Shown piece by piece: positions 31,320-42,506 of a DNA stretch of 61,032 nucleotides (positions are counted from its first letter, which is position 1; the number at the start of each line of letters is the position of its first letter). Below the pieces are notes generated by a model. It was not told the DNA's origin. It ran no database searches and saw nothing but the letters and a program-made list of their open reading frames with translations. A program made the translations under genes and the position numbers. The stretch comes from Oligoflexia bacterium (GTDB taxonomy: Bacteria; Bdellovibrionota; UBA1018), in NCBI GenBank assembly GCA_903898645.1, contig CAIUGE010000102.1:1-61032 (forward strand), in the 5' to 3' direction.

Positions 31320-34300
31320 TTTTTTTTCTGGGTGCGGTACGTACTCAACAATTGCCCCAAGCCCATTACCAACACGCACTGGTACAAGTGGATCAAACTA
31401 TGCTGCCGTCAGACTGAGCTTCTACTATGCTGATTACTCCTCTCTTTCATCGCCTGACCCTCTCTCTGGATGTGCGGGTAATCTTATGACCTACTATGAT
31501 CCCTATGCCATTTTACCATCTCCAAGCACTATACCCCCAGCGCCTTCTCCCCTACCAGCAAGCGCAACAAGCTCTGGCGAAAGCGTCATTCCATCATTTA
31601 TTAAAAATGTCTCTGTCGATATTACCAACAGCAATATAAACTCAGCGAACAACTTAGCAATAAACTGCTCCTACGGCACATCATCAAGTGCACCACCTGC
31701 AACATCATGCGCAGCATTTGATGCCCCCACTCAGCCTGGAATACCAAATTTTTATGGCTCAGTCCTCCTCTATGGGGGGCTTGCAAGCAGTGATACCTTA
31801 GGCCTCGCCAGTAATAACTCTTCAGTAGCATTTGGCTACGCTTGTAGCTCAACTATTCTTTGTGAAACGTCTTTTTACGGTTTATCCGTCAATACACTTG
31901 CTGCAACCGCCGGCGGCACAGCCCTTACACCAGGCCTCACGAGTGCCACAACCCCTATATCCAGCTGGAATGCCATACCTGCAAACCAATTCAGCCAGGC
32001 GCCAGATGGAGGTATTGGCTCATCAGCTGCCTATGATCCAGGCCTAGAGAAAGTCTTGATCTTTGGGGGCATTGTCGCATCAACACCACTTGTATCAGGC
32101 ATGCCAACCAATGATTCTTGGGTTTTTGATATGGCCGGTGCAACATGGAGCTACCATGCAAATAATGGCAGCTCAGCGACAGCAATGACCACACAGTCAG
32201 ATGTGGGTGTCACAACTATGCTGAAAGCGCCAAATGGACGAGCACTCTTTGGCTACGTCGCAGCTCCAGGAAGCGCTATTGAATCATTTACATCAACAGG
32301 GCTTTCCGCACCCATTGATACAACTGACCGGATCCTCATGATCGGCGGCCTCGGACCATGCAGTAATGGTGTTTGTAGCGATGTCCACAGCCTCAACCCA
32401 ACCTATGGCCCTGAGTATATTGATGTAGTAGCATTAGCTCCGGCAATACCTTCACCTCCTATTGGAAACCAGTGGCTTGACAGCTACCCATTACAAGTAA
32501 AAACAAATGCTGCAGTTGCCGTACCTACACTTGGAACGTCTCCACGCATCGCCTTTGGGACTGGTGTCCTGCTCAATAATAATCCAAACTCTTCTGGGCG
32601 TGGCGTTACCACACTGACAGCAACAGCCACACCTGGCGTCAGCTACCCTTTTATTATTGGGGGATTTACATCAAATCAAAATCTCAATACCCCCACAGGC
32701 GGAGCATGCGGTACGCTCGCAACCTGCGGCACGATGTCTGTTGGATTTAAATGGGGGTTCAATGATGTACCCGATGCGAATGCTTGCAATGTCCCCAACC
32801 TGCTCGAATCACCTTTCACCAAAATGGCGCCTATGTACTGGAAAACGCTCACAACGACAGCTGTACCAAATTTTGGAAGCGTTAATCTTCTGCCTGGCAT
32901 CGGCGTCGCAACAACTGAAGCTGCAGCACCAGTGCCAGTGCCTGTTTCCGTACCTGCATCGATCCCCAATAGTGCCTTTAATCAATTTGTAACCTTTGGT
33001 GGATCCGACTGCCAGCAGTACCTCATTGGCGGTAGTGCATGCTCAGGGAGCCTCTGGCCCACGCAAAAAAATGCAGGCGCCTACTGGAGCTTTGGCATTG
33101 ATCCACAGTATACGTTTCAAGCACTCAGCGCCGTACCCACAGTTATCACGATGGCCGGCACAGCACCTATCAACGCAGGTATGGCTGCGGCGCGTGGCCT
33201 CGATCCAAGTAAAAATCCTATCATTGTTGCTTTTGGAGGGATGGTTTCTAATGGCGTCGCAGATACAAGTAATAAAATCTACTATATGTACAACAATGGC
33301 GACGTACCAACATGGGCGAGTGTCACACCAACAGGCTCTCTTCCCCTAGAGGTAACAGAAGGCAGCCTTGTATATAGCCATATAACAGGCTCATTTTATC
33401 TTTTTGGTGGCTACGCAAATGGCACTGTACAAAGTGCAACATGGGAATTATCCTTCTCAGCAGGATCAAGCAGCTGCGGAACCGCAGGAAGTTGCGCGTT
33501 TAGCTGGCAGCAGCTCTCACCAACATGCTACCCTTCCTGTCCAGGCGCGCGTCGAGGACACAAAATGATTGAGGTCAATTACAATAATACAAGTACACCT
33601 TTTGACCCCATCTGTACGGACGCAGCGCCATGCTCACTCGGGATATTTATGGAAGGAGGCGTCACAAGCAGTACCGCAAGTCCTTATACAGATCGTTGGA
33701 TGTTTGATCCAACTGACAGTACGGGCGGTCACTGGCAACTCATGACAGAAATGCCTCCACGAAGCTTTGCCGCAATGGCAGCTGTTGATTACACCGCAGG
33801 GAGCACCACTGTGCATCGAGCTGTCCTTTTCGGAGGAGAAACAGGCTTTGTGAACCATACATCCACTACTCATTATGTAGCGCCAACCTTAGGCGACACG
33901 TGGATGTTTGACTTTGATGCCCTCACATGGAATCGCGTCGCATTGTATGGGACACGGTACACGACAAGCACCGGACTCGGGAATCTGTCTGAGCTGAATG
34001 CCCGCGCAGCTGCCCTAACAAGTGACACGACAACCGCTGTACTCGCACCACCTCCCCTCTCAGGGGCATCCATGGTAACACGCCTTGTGCATACCATTCC
34101 TGAAATATTTCTTTTTGGTGGACGCTTAAAATCAGGGCTTTACAATACATTTGATCATGTCTATAAATTCTGCGCTGGCACAACCGGCGAAAAGCCAGCA
34201 ACATCAAGCTACACATTAAAATCAACAGGTACTGATGACGCTTCATGCGATGCCTACTCGAGCTCCAATAATCCAAACTCAACGAACCCGACAACAGGCT

Positions 34301-35421
34301 ATGTTGGCAGATGGATTGCAAAAACAGCTCAAAATGGCGGAATCTCTCCTGCCCTTGTTGGATCATTTATGGGGGCTGCTGCCTACAATCAATCCAGTGA
34401 CCGTATTATCAGTATTGGGGGTCTTGCTCCTGTCACTACGCCCGCTGCCGTTACAAGCCAACAATCAGTCTCAAGCACTGTCTATGAATATACCCCTCCA
34501 TCAAAAGTCAGCGGCACAAACGCCGAAAAAAATGGCACCTGGAATGCTATTGCAACATGTGCGTCAAGCGCAACACCAACAGGAAGATATGGACATACAC
34601 TTGCCTATGACCAATTAACCGATGCCCTTATTATGGTCGGGGGATTTGATATCAACGGCGACCTCCTCACACAGACACTCCTTGATCAAAATGCAAATAT
34701 TTCTTATAACGTGCCTGAAGTATGGCTCGGCACACGCATAGCAAACGCTATTCCTAACGGTATTGCTACTAACAACGTCCCCGCTATCACATCAGGGACG
34801 TTCCCCTGCTATTACTGGTCTCAGATAACAACCTTTAGCAACGCAGGACCGACATCAGCGAAAACAAGTACACCTATAACAGGCCTTGGCCATATGGCGG
34901 GCGTCTATATCCCCTCCGCAGGCTATAATACCGGCTATTACTCTATGTTCGATCAGCTCTGCACATCGGAAGGACAAATTGGTTCAACGGACCCCTCGAT
35001 CAGCAAACTCCTCGTTGGCGGCGCCTATATTGACATTAATCGCAATGCACTTGGCGCCAAGGAAAACCTCTTACTGAACATTACCTTCTTACCTCTTGGT
35101 CCAAGCAATATCAACCCTGACCGCTCAGCACTCAGTACCTCAGAATCCGCAGTGCTTAAAATTCATCTTGTTCGTACGGGTCAAAGCGCAGATATTCTTC
35201 GAAGCGTGACACAGCCACGAAACTTAACCTACCCAAATAATGCTCAATTCCCGCAAATAGTACAAGATTTAGCGATTATTTCACCACCAACAGGCCAGAT
35301 CAGACAAGAACAGGTACTGCTACCCATTTCCATTGACCCAACGATTGATCGCATTCATATTGAGCGTTATTCAGGTAGCGCTATCCTCATTGACGCAACA
35401 GTCTACCGCATGGGGAACTAA
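31294..35421 (+). CDS. Giant Kelch-repeat (beta-propeller) lipoprotein
   Basis: The ORF runs 31204-35421. The preferred start is ATG 31294, which gives MVLRFIVFSFFSGCG with a lipobox. At least 10 Kelch-like blades carry the GG doublet and W/Y pattern (VLIFGGI...DSWVFD, ILMIGGLG, FYLFGGYANG...ATWEL, AVLFGGETG...DTWMFDFDALTWNRV, IFLFGGRL, IISIGGLA, LIMVGGFD). Confidence 0.75.
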   Translation: MVLRFIVFSFFSGCGTYSTIAPSPLPTRTGTSGSNYAAVRLSFYYADYSSLSSPDPLSGCAGNLMTYYDPYAILPSPSTIPPAPSPLPASATSSGESVIPSFIKNVSVDITNSNINSANNLAINCSYGTSSSAPPATSCAAFDAPTQPGIPNFYGSVLLYGGLASSDTLGLASNNSSVAFGYACSSTILCETSFYGLSVNTLAATAGGTALTPGLTSATTPISSWNAIPANQFSQAPDGGIGSSAAYDPGLEKVLIFGGIVASTPLVSGMPTNDSWVFDMAGATWSYHANNGSSATAMTTQSDVGVTTMLKAPNGRALFGYVAAPGSAIESFTSTGLSAPIDTTDRILMIGGLGPCSNGVCSDVHSLNPTYGPEYIDVVALAPAIPSPPIGNQWLDSYPLQVKTNAAVAVPTLGTSPRIAFGTGVLLNNNPNSSGRGVTTLTATATPGVSYPFIIGGFTSNQNLNTPTGGACGTLATCGTMSVGFKWGFNDVPDANACNVPNLLESPFTKMAPMYWKTLTTTAVPNFGSVNLLPGIGVATTEAAAPVPVPVSVPASIPNSAFNQFVTFGGSDCQQYLIGGSACSGSLWPTQKNAGAYWSFGIDPQYTFQALSAVPTVITMAGTAPINAGMAAARGLDPSKNPIIVAFGGMVSNGVADTSNKIYYMYNNGDVPTWASVTPTGSLPLEVTEGSLVYSHITGSFYLFGGYANGTVQSATWELSFSAGSSSCGTAGSCAFSWQQLSPTCYPSCPGARRGHKMIEVNYNNTSTPFDPICTDAAPCSLGIFMEGGVTSSTASPYTDRWMFDPTDSTGGHWQLMTEMPPRSFAAMAAVDYTAGSTTVHRAVLFGGETGFVNHTSTTHYVAPTLGDTWMFDFDALTWNRVALYGTRYTTSTGLGNLSELNARAAALTSDTTTAVLAPPPLSGASMVTRLVHTIPEIFLFGGRLKSGLYNTFDHVYKFCAGTTGEKPATSSYTLKSTGTDDASCDAYSSSNNPNSTNPTTGYVGRWIAKTAQNGGISPALVGSFMGAAAYNQSSDRIISIGGLAPVTTPAAVTSQQSVSSTVYEYTPPSKVSGTNAEKNGTWNAIATCASSATPTGRYGHTLAYDQLTDALIMVGGFDINGDLLTQTLLDQNANISYNVPEVWLGTRIANAIPNGIATNNVPAITSGTFPCYYWSQITTFSNAGPTSAKTSTPITGLGHMAGVYIPSAGYNTGYYSMFDQLCTSEGQIGSTDPSISKLLVGGAYIDINRNALGAKENLLLNITFLPLGPSNINPDRSALSTSESAVLKIHLVRTGQSADILRSVTQPRNLTYPNNAQFPQIVQDLAIISPPTGQIRQEQVLLPISIDPTIDRIHIERYSGSAILIDATVYRMGN

Positions 35422-36443
35422 AGATGGATGCCAAAGAGTAGCGACATACAGTTAAATCCAAGCATCACGGTATCGATATCGATAGCAGACTGAAGCTTCG
35501 ACCATTCGAAGCCTGCTGTAACAATACGAGACCCCAGCATGTGATCCCAACTCAGACTAACAGCAGCATGATAATTTGAGAAAATAATACTTGGTGCAGT
35601 CAGAGCAAGCGTGTAAGCACCTTTCAACGTAAGTCGATCGCTCTTTCCTAAAGGTTTTGAAGCCAACAACTTAAGCTGGGGGCCAAAAAAGTATTGAAAT
35701 CCATATGAATTATTCGACACAGCCAATGAGTAAGTAAAAGCTCCGCCAAAAAGTGCAAGGTTCATTTTCGCAGTATCAATCAGCTGCGCGCCAACGAAAG
35801 CAGCCCCACCATATGTTCTTGCCTGTGCTCCAGAAGAATTCTTCAGATCAATAGCCGTAATAAAAGCATCAAATCCAGCTCTAAGCCGCCCACGAGATCT
35901 ATAGATGTATTCGCCTCGCAAAAGAATCGATGCATCAGTCACATTCGGCGTACCGGGCGACTGATAGGACCCCGTCATCGGCATAAGACTCACCTGCATA
36001 TCATGCTTCTTGACAGGAAATGGACCGATATTTTTAAAAGCCGAAGAAAGGACTATGCCAATTTTCTCGACCTTCCTATAGGTACCCCTCTCTTCACTCA
36101 TAGCGATAGTGGGCACATCAGTCATTGATGTCAGATGCGTTTCAAAACGCTTTTTCGCGTTCCCACGAACAGAAACAAGAGGATTCCGCTTGTTTTGATA
36201 CAGGAGAAAAAGAGAGGACTTACCACTCCCCTCGCCTACATAGGAACCTACAATGGTAACAGCGTACGTACGAGTTACAACACCACGAACTACCTTCTCT
36301 TTTTTGATCGACTCCACAGACTCAATCTGCAGATTTTTGATAGGGTCATTTGCCCGCGTGAAATGAATCCTATCAACAACAGCTGAAGGAGCTCGGTTGA
36401 TGTTTTTTCCAAAAGATAAAAAAGTTATAAGTATTAAAATCAC
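35418..36443 (-). CDS. Hypothetical outer-membrane beta-barrel-like protein
   Basis: 341-aa ORF with a hydrophobic leader. The C-terminal half has alternating beta-strand-like patterns (FGGAFTYSLAVS, LTLKGAYTLALTA, HAAVSLSWDH, TAGFEWSK). It is convergent with the Kelch gene, overlapping it by 4 nt. Confidence 0.4.
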   Translation of the reverse strand: MILILITFLSFGKNINRAPSAVVDRIHFTRANDPIKNLQIESVESIKKEKVVRGVVTRTYAVTIVGSYVGEGSGKSSLFLLYQNKRNPLVSVRGNAKKRFETHLTSMTDVPTIAMSEERGTYRKVEKIGIVLSSAFKNIGPFPVKKHDMQVSLMPMTGSYQSPGTPNVTDASILLRGEYIYRSRGRLRAGFDAFITAIDLKNSSGAQARTYGGAAFVGAQLIDTAKMNLALFGGAFTYSLAVSNNSYGFQYFFGPQLKLLASKPLGKSDRLTLKGAYTLALTAPSIIFSNYHAAVSLSWDHMLGSRIVTAGFEWSKLQSAIDIDTVMLGFNCMSLLFGIHL

Positions 36444-36599
36444 AATGGTACATCGGCACTAACCATACAAACTTCAATAAAATTTAAGCTAAGTACAAAA
36501 AAAATTGTATCATGAATCCGATGCACATAGTCACATTTGCTGCGTCTGCACGCTGCGTTATACTTCAAACAAAAGCCTGTCGCTTCAGCTATCAGCATG

Positions 36600-37556
36600 C
36601 TACTCATACCATCGCTTCTGGTACTCTCGCGAAAAATCTTCAAAATCGTAACTAAGTGCATCAATGTCTGCCCCTTGGCACTTCTTAAAGACCACTTCAC
36701 TTTCTACTTCAGGGAAAAACCTTTGCATGAATCCCGCACATATCCACTCTCCGACCGCAGCTGATCCGCGATAATATGGTGCATAGTGAGCAAACAGATA
36801 ATGAAACTCAGTAAAATGCTTTATTGCTTCTTTTTTATCACCAATATTTTTTACTATCTCCCATTTATTTGCAATATATCGCTTTAACTCTGCATCAAAA
36901 ACAGGCTGCACTATAATCGTCATTGTTCTGCTAGACATTTTCTCATCGTGAAGCATGGTCATAAAATGCACAATTTTCTTACTCACACCCCCTAATTGAA
37001 ATTCTTTACTAAATATCAGCATTCCATCTGGAGAAGAGTCGTCACATTCTCTGTCAAAGCTCCAGTACATATCATTTGCAAGAATACCAAGCCGGTCGTC
37101 ACGAATGACATGCATAGCACTCTCTTTGCATCCTTCGTCACCATAAATCACACAATAGAATGAATTTTCATACCTCAATCTTGCTGCAAAACGAATTTTT
37201 TCGTAAAACTTACACCCAGTCGGTGTCCAAAGTACGTCATATCGAATTTTTCCAAACATAGAAGAATATGCACCCTTCCTCCTTTCTTCGCCAAGCTCTA
37301 AAAGCATAGTTTTAAAATCTTTTTCAAAAAATGGATAATTTTTTATAACCCTATCCGAATTGAGAATAAACTTCTCATGCGACTCTTTATCAAAATGCGG
37401 CAGACCACCCTCTCGCTCTAATATATTCGCATCTGCATGAATATCTCCCTCTTTAAAGGCGTGCACGATCTCGTCTAATTGCACTTTCTTTTTGTCATCA
37501 CATCGAGGAGAAGCAAAAAGAAACGCACCGATAAATACCGTAAAAAAACCAAGCAC
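36600..37556 (-). CDS. Hypothetical secreted protein (ORFan)
   Basis: 318-aa ORF with leader MLGFFTVFIGAFLFASPRC and an AT-rich gene body. The only conspicuous motif is HYAPYYRGSAAVGEW, which I cannot assign to a family. Confidence 0.45.
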   Translation of the reverse strand: MLGFFTVFIGAFLFASPRCDDKKKVQLDEIVHAFKEGDIHADANILEREGGLPHFDKESHEKFILNSDRVIKNYPFFEKDFKTMLLELGEERRKGAYSSMFGKIRYDVLWTPTGCKFYEKIRFAARLRYENSFYCVIYGDEGCKESAMHVIRDDRLGILANDMYWSFDRECDDSSPDGMLIFSKEFQLGGVSKKIVHFMTMLHDEKMSSRTMTIIVQPVFDAELKRYIANKWEIVKNIGDKKEAIKHFTEFHYLFAHYAPYYRGSAAVGEWICAGFMQRFFPEVESEVVFKKCQGADIDALSYDFEDFSREYQKRWYE

Positions 37557-37739
37557 ATCAACTCCTAAAATTTGTCAATTCTCACATGAACGCACCCTTT
37601 TGGGAGGATGGATTGTACTTTTTTTGCATTGCGTCGTTAAGATCTTTTCGCACCGGCTCAATTTTACTCTGTCGCGTCCCACTCCCAGATTTTTAATGAC
37701 ATGCTTCGTCCCTCTTTTTATGCGAGAGAGAACAAAAAT

Positions 37740-39773
37740 TCATGACACACTTTGAAGATACCCATATTTCACAAGCAAATAGATCCAAAAATCTTCCTGG
37801 ATATGAATCTTCGCCGTAGTAGTTGCCTGAAAAAATGGCTGAACCTGATCATCAGCAAACTGCTCATACACCTCCCACAAATAAGGATCCTCCCTACAGA
37901 TAGCTGTTAAAGACTCATTCGTGAGAACTGTTTTCATGGAACGTCCCTGGAAGCCTCTATCATAGGCATCAGCCAGGAGCTTCACCATAAACTGAGGCGT
38001 GTACGCTGGAAAAGTCACGCTATTAAAACCAATATCATCCGTACCCCCAAGTATAAATCTCTGCATAACAGCGCCTGGCTGAAGCTCACGCTGACTTGGT
38101 GAACCATACTCGTAATGAAACACCTGAGCCTCCTCCCCGCGAAGACCAAGCGCATAGATCATACGCTGCATGAGAATCGCAACAGCTGTCGTCCGGTACT
38201 CGGAACTTTTGAGGCGAAAATTTGCATGCTCCCGAATAAAATCCATCTTATAATCAGTGAGCACTCGACTAACAAACTGGGCCCCGTCATCAACACGAAG
38301 CCCATAGGCCTGATGATCCTGGTACTCTCTATGCGTCGCCTCCTCCATAGAGCGTAGACCCTCTTGTAAACCCGTCAGACAACGATCAGCATGCTGTGTC
38401 AGCTCAATAACAAAGGTGTCAAGTGAGTCACTCGCAAGCTCTACAAGGGACTTGATCTTTTTTTTCATAAAATGCTTCGTTTGATGTTCACGTAATGAAT
38501 CCCCCCTGTCAATCATGAGACGCCGAAATATGACATCCAGATCATACATAGAAAAAAAACTTTCATGCACAATCTTGGTTTTCTTGAGCTTTTGAGCTAG
38601 CTGCATCCATTCCTTGTCAGTCATATCATCGCAGTCCACTGTGCTTGCAAAATTATGAGTAAACAAATAAGGATCCTGCGCAATCATGGCATAATTCAAA
38701 ACAAATACTGATTTTTCTCTAAAAAACCGCTGCATAGGAAGACTGTCGAGCACATTCTTTGCAACACGATAATCCTGACTCAGCGAAAATCTTTGGTATA
38801 ATTTATAGTCCTTTTTTAAACGTCGAAATAATTTTTTTGTAGCATGAAAAAGAAACATCTCCCGTGCCGCCTCATGTGAAACATTGTCTGGCCGCATCCG
38901 GTAAGCAGACGCAAGGTGCTCCACCCCCCCCAAAGAACCAGCTTCGAGAACACCATCAACCTGAGCATCATCAGTAAGAGAACTGTCACCACGTAGCACA
39001 CCATAGAGCTTTGCTCGCCCATCAATTTTTGCGTGCTGCATCATAATGCCCATAACAGAGCTCTCCCCCCCTACAGATGCCTCATCTAACACAACACCTG
39101 TAATAGAAGGCTGCCCCTCGACTTTCGCTCGTCCCGCAACAATCGCATGACCGGAAATACGCCCAGAGCCGACCAGAACTGCAGATTGCGTCACTCTAGC
39201 GTTATCTGTAACAATAACGCGATCAGTTATCATCACGTTCCCTGCAACGACCGAGGAGCCACGCACAATACTCGATCCTGAAACCTCAGCATTTCCATGT
39301 ACCCACGCTTTTTGTGCAATAAGCGCATGACCAGTGATTTTAGCATTGTCTGAAATATGCGCATCTCCCTCAACAAGAGCATTCTCTGTGATAAGAGCCT
39401 TGCCATCGACAACGGCGCACCCACCCACAGTAGCACTACCACCTACGTATGCCCGTCCTTTGACAAGCGCTTTGCCCCCTACACGCGCACTGCCCGTCAC
39501 AATGGCATAACCATCAATACAAGCATGATCCAAAATCTTGACGTTCCTGGCCAGATCTGCATGACCACATACCTGTGCTGTCAGAGCAAGATAGGGCTCA
39601 TTAAGCCCTTTTTTCTGCGGCACTTTAGCAGAACGAGCAACAAAACCCCCTAAAGAACGATCACTATTTCTTGAGCAATAACCGGGTGCGCCATGGCATG
39701 GGGCGGCTTTGTCCTGCTGCATACACCAGGAGCCAGCCTGCACAATCGTTAAAAATAATATTTTTATTTTCAT
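37740..39773 (-). CDS. Secreted protein with an N-terminal left-handed beta-helix (hexapeptide-like) repeat array and an uncharacterised C-terminal domain
   Basis: The ORF extends to 39848. The preferred start is ATG 39773 (MKIKILFLTIVQAGSW). About 30 imperfect hexad repeats follow (GSARVGGKALVKGRAYVGGSATVGGCAVVDGKALITENALVEGDAHISDNAKITGHALI...). The remaining roughly 400 aa form a helical region with no recognised motif. Confidence 0.55.
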   Translation of the reverse strand: MKIKILFLTIVQAGSWCMQQDKAAPCHGAPGYCSRNSDRSLGGFVARSAKVPQKKGLNEPYLALTAQVCGHADLARNVKILDHACIDGYAIVTGSARVGGKALVKGRAYVGGSATVGGCAVVDGKALITENALVEGDAHISDNAKITGHALIAQKAWVHGNAEVSGSSIVRGSSVVAGNVMITDRVIVTDNARVTQSAVLVGSGRISGHAIVAGRAKVEGQPSITGVVLDEASVGGESSVMGIMMQHAKIDGRAKLYGVLRGDSSLTDDAQVDGVLEAGSLGGVEHLASAYRMRPDNVSHEAAREMFLFHATKKLFRRLKKDYKLYQRFSLSQDYRVAKNVLDSLPMQRFFREKSVFVLNYAMIAQDPYLFTHNFASTVDCDDMTDKEWMQLAQKLKKTKIVHESFFSMYDLDVIFRRLMIDRGDSLREHQTKHFMKKKIKSLVELASDSLDTFVIELTQHADRCLTGLQEGLRSMEEATHREYQDHQAYGLRVDDGAQFVSRVLTDYKMDFIREHANFRLKSSEYRTTAVAILMQRMIYALGLRGEEAQVFHYEYGSPSQRELQPGAVMQRFILGGTDDIGFNSVTFPAYTPQFMVKLLADAYDRGFQGRSMKTVLTNESLTAICREDPYLWEVYEQFADDQVQPFFQATTTAKIHIQEDFWIYLLVKYGYLQSVS

Positions 39774-39824
39774 AAGTCCCCACACCTGCCGATTGGCATA
39801 TATAATCATAGCAAAGGATGCAAG

Positions 39825-40760
39825 ATGAATCACAAAAGCGTCACACAAGTAGCTCTTGATTACCTTGGTATATACGTACTACGATCCGTAGGCGACGTGC
39901 TTGAGATACCTCAAAGTACAGCCGAATTTCTCGGTCTCCCTCAAGAAGCCAAGCCGCAGTCACTTCAAGAACTCTTTGATGAGGTTTTTTTCATTACCGA
40001 CGCTATTCGTTTTACAGAACTCAGCGCATCGCGTAAAAAGGACTGGTCTATGAGAGCACGCGTCGCATCAACAAAAAAAACCATCAACTGCCGGTTCTCC
40101 ACCACAGAGGATCAAGTTCTTTGCGTGATTCATACACGAGAAGCGAACCCACTGTCTATGCATAGATACCTGAGCGAGATTATAGCAAGCCTTTCCCATG
40201 CACTCGCTACCCCCCTAACTGTCCTTTTAGCACTCCTCGATCGCGAAACTATTGACAGAGAGCGATGTCGTGCTGCCCTCGCCAAGATGCAGCGCAGCAT
40301 TCGGATTCTACGTAGCTTTGCATCAAGCGCCGATCCCCTTGAATGGATCAGCGTTCGTGATATGCTCGAACAGACAGCCACCCTCTGTGAAGAGCGCCTT
40401 CATAATCACGGCGTTGTGTTGAGCATAGAATGCAATGCTGAGCTCCGTTGTGAGTGCCAACCTCAACATATCATGCAAGCTCTCATGATTCTTATAAGCT
40501 CTATGCATATCTCATTACGTGATCAAAAAAACGCCCATATAACACTTAGTGCCACAGAGCACATTGAAGATAACAGCATGCCGATACTGCGCATCACACT
40601 CTCTGATCAAGGCTCAATCATCGACGAGAACATGCTCGACAGTGTCCGTAATCTTATTGAATCGCATTACGCTGACCTCAGCTCCAAGACCGACAGTGGC
40701 CGCTCTTTCATCATCGAAATGCCTATTAAACAACCAAGTGAACCATGCTCTTTATCATAA
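39825..40760 (+). CDS. Soluble histidine-kinase-like protein with a degenerate ATPase domain
   Basis: 311-aa ORF with the H-box SEIIASLSHALATPLTVLLALLD. The C-terminal HATPase-like region (ILRITLSDQGSIID...SGRSFIIEMPI) has no clear N-box Asn or G2 box. Confidence 0.55.
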   Translation: MNHKSVTQVALDYLGIYVLRSVGDVLEIPQSTAEFLGLPQEAKPQSLQELFDEVFFITDAIRFTELSASRKKDWSMRARVASTKKTINCRFSTTEDQVLCVIHTREANPLSMHRYLSEIIASLSHALATPLTVLLALLDRETIDRERCRAALAKMQRSIRILRSFASSADPLEWISVRDMLEQTATLCEERLHNHGVVLSIECNAELRCECQPQHIMQALMILISSMHISLRDQKNAHITLSATEHIEDNSMPILRITLSDQGSIIDENMLDSVRNLIESHYADLSSKTDSGRSFIIEMPIKQPSEPCSLS

Positions 40761-41515
40761 TAAGCCCACTGCTTGCTTACGCAGCCACACTCTATGACTC
40801 CTATGATCGTACACGTGATACGCGCGCGCCTCCTTTTCATGACATTGCAGGGAATCGCAAAGACTGGGGTCTTGATATGCGCTTTGGCGGAAGCCTTGCT
40901 GCAGGCAATGCCGATTTACAATCTGCAACACTAGAGGGCGATTTCTTTCAACGCTTTGGTACACGTAAATTCTATATTCTCAATGATATGAGCTTTATTG
41001 AATTTCAACATGTCCGTATCAAGTACTTAGGCACTCTCATTATGCGTGTTGATGAACAGCTCGATTCTGAAAAAAATCGTATTTTTATACTGAGCACAAC
41101 TGCGTTTAATCAGTACACAAAACTAGCACTCCGCCAATTTATAGGATGCGGTTTTCTTCATACTTTTAATATTGAAAATTTCAAAGGTGGTCTCAGCATC
41201 ACACCAGGATTTGAGTTCGAACATGATAACATCGGCATCTACCAACGCACCTTACGCACTGCACTCAGAAGCATGGGAGCATATTCCTGGAAAAACTACA
41301 CAACATCCTATGACATGGTCTTTTTACCTGCACTGAATGAACTAGCAAAATACCGCTTTTTTGTATCTTTAGGCCTCGAAACGCTCCTGAGCGAAAAAAC
41401 CCTCGGTCTAAAAATACTTGGTACCTATGATTTCAATAGCATGCCAATGGTCCCTGGCATCAAGAACGTTGATGTGTCAATCTCGACAAACATTGTTTTT
41501 CACTTCGGACATTAA
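40745..41515 (+). CDS. Outer-membrane beta-barrel protein, DUF481 (YdiY)-like (tentative)
   Basis: 256-aa ORF with leader MLFIIISPLLAYA. It has beta-strand periodicity and a terminal aromatic-rich strand (NIVFHFGH). It overlaps the kinase gene by 16 nt. Confidence 0.4.
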   Translation: MLFIIISPLLAYAATLYDSYDRTRDTRAPPFHDIAGNRKDWGLDMRFGGSLAAGNADLQSATLEGDFFQRFGTRKFYILNDMSFIEFQHVRIKYLGTLIMRVDEQLDSEKNRIFILSTTAFNQYTKLALRQFIGCGFLHTFNIENFKGGLSITPGFEFEHDNIGIYQRTLRTALRSMGAYSWKNYTTSYDMVFLPALNELAKYRFFVSLGLETLLSEKTLGLKILGTYDFNSMPMVPGIKNVDVSISTNIVFHFGH

Positions 41516-41748
41516 AAAAATACAGAGGGTTCCTGGTACTAAAAAGGTCTTTCATGAAACTTTTTACCTTCACTTCTAAGTATTTCTGTAACTAATTCAA
41601 GATGCTTGCATTCTGCAAGATCCGCATGCTTCTGAAGAAAGCGGCTATTGAGAGTGACGTTCTACCGGAAGAATCAGTAAGAGCAAATAGGCACTTAAAA
41701 CTTCTTGAAGTTGTTTTACATTTCTAGGATGCACTAATCCAGCATGCC

Positions 41749-42444
41749 CTAAAGAGCTGCGTACACACGGTGCACGTCGCCATGATCATCCACCTCATTA
41801 AGGAACTCCACAACCTCAGTATAGGCAGCGGGTTCGAGCGAAACAGGACTTGACGCAGTGTATGCAATCTCACTGAGGGTAACATTCCATCCGGCTTGAA
41901 GAAAATATTTACTAACTGCGTCAAGATCCGTAATGTCACAGACGACCCGAACACTCTTCTTATGTGGATCTTCCAGGACATCCACACTTTGAGCACCTGC
42001 TTCAATAGCAATAGCTTCATGGTCGATACCCATATCAACATGAGAAGCCTCAACGAGACCATGACGCTGGAACTTCCATGCCACACTCCCTATGCTTCCA
42101 AGATGGCCTTTTCGGAATAAGACACGCATATCGGATGCCGTTCTATTCTTATTCTCAGTCAGGCACTCTACAAGCACAGGCACCTGATGAGGCGCGAACC
42201 CTTCGTAGGTAACCAACTCATACTCAACAGCATCATCAGACTGCCCAAGACCTTTTTTGACCGCGCGGTCAATATTATCTCTAGGGACAGAGGCTTTTTT
42301 TGCTGCCTCAACGGCTGCTCGCAGGCGAGCATTCCCCTCACCACCTTTTGCAGCGACTTGAATCTCCTTAACAAGCTTACTAATAAGCGCTCCGCGCTTT
42401 GAAGAATTTTCGATTCTACCGGCATGTTTCCATTGTGCGCCCAT
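41749..42444 (-). CDS. yebC: YebC/PmpR-family DNA-binding transcriptional regulator
   Basis: 231-aa ORF with WKHAGRIENSSKRGALISKLVKEIQVAAKGG and NARLRAAVEAAKKASVPRDNIDRAVKKG. Confidence 0.85.
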   Translation of the reverse strand: MGAQWKHAGRIENSSKRGALISKLVKEIQVAAKGGEGNARLRAAVEAAKKASVPRDNIDRAVKKGLGQSDDAVEYELVTYEGFAPHQVPVLVECLTENKNRTASDMRVLFRKGHLGSIGSVAWKFQRHGLVEASHVDMGIDHEAIAIEAGAQSVDVLEDPHKKSVRVVCDITDLDAVSKYFLQAGWNVTLSEIAYTASSPVSLEPAAYTEVVEFLNEVDDHGDVHRVYAAL

Positions 42445-42506
42445 GCTTTGTCATACCATGAGCTCAAGACATTGCAAATATGAGATGAGTGATCTATTGA
42501 AAGAAA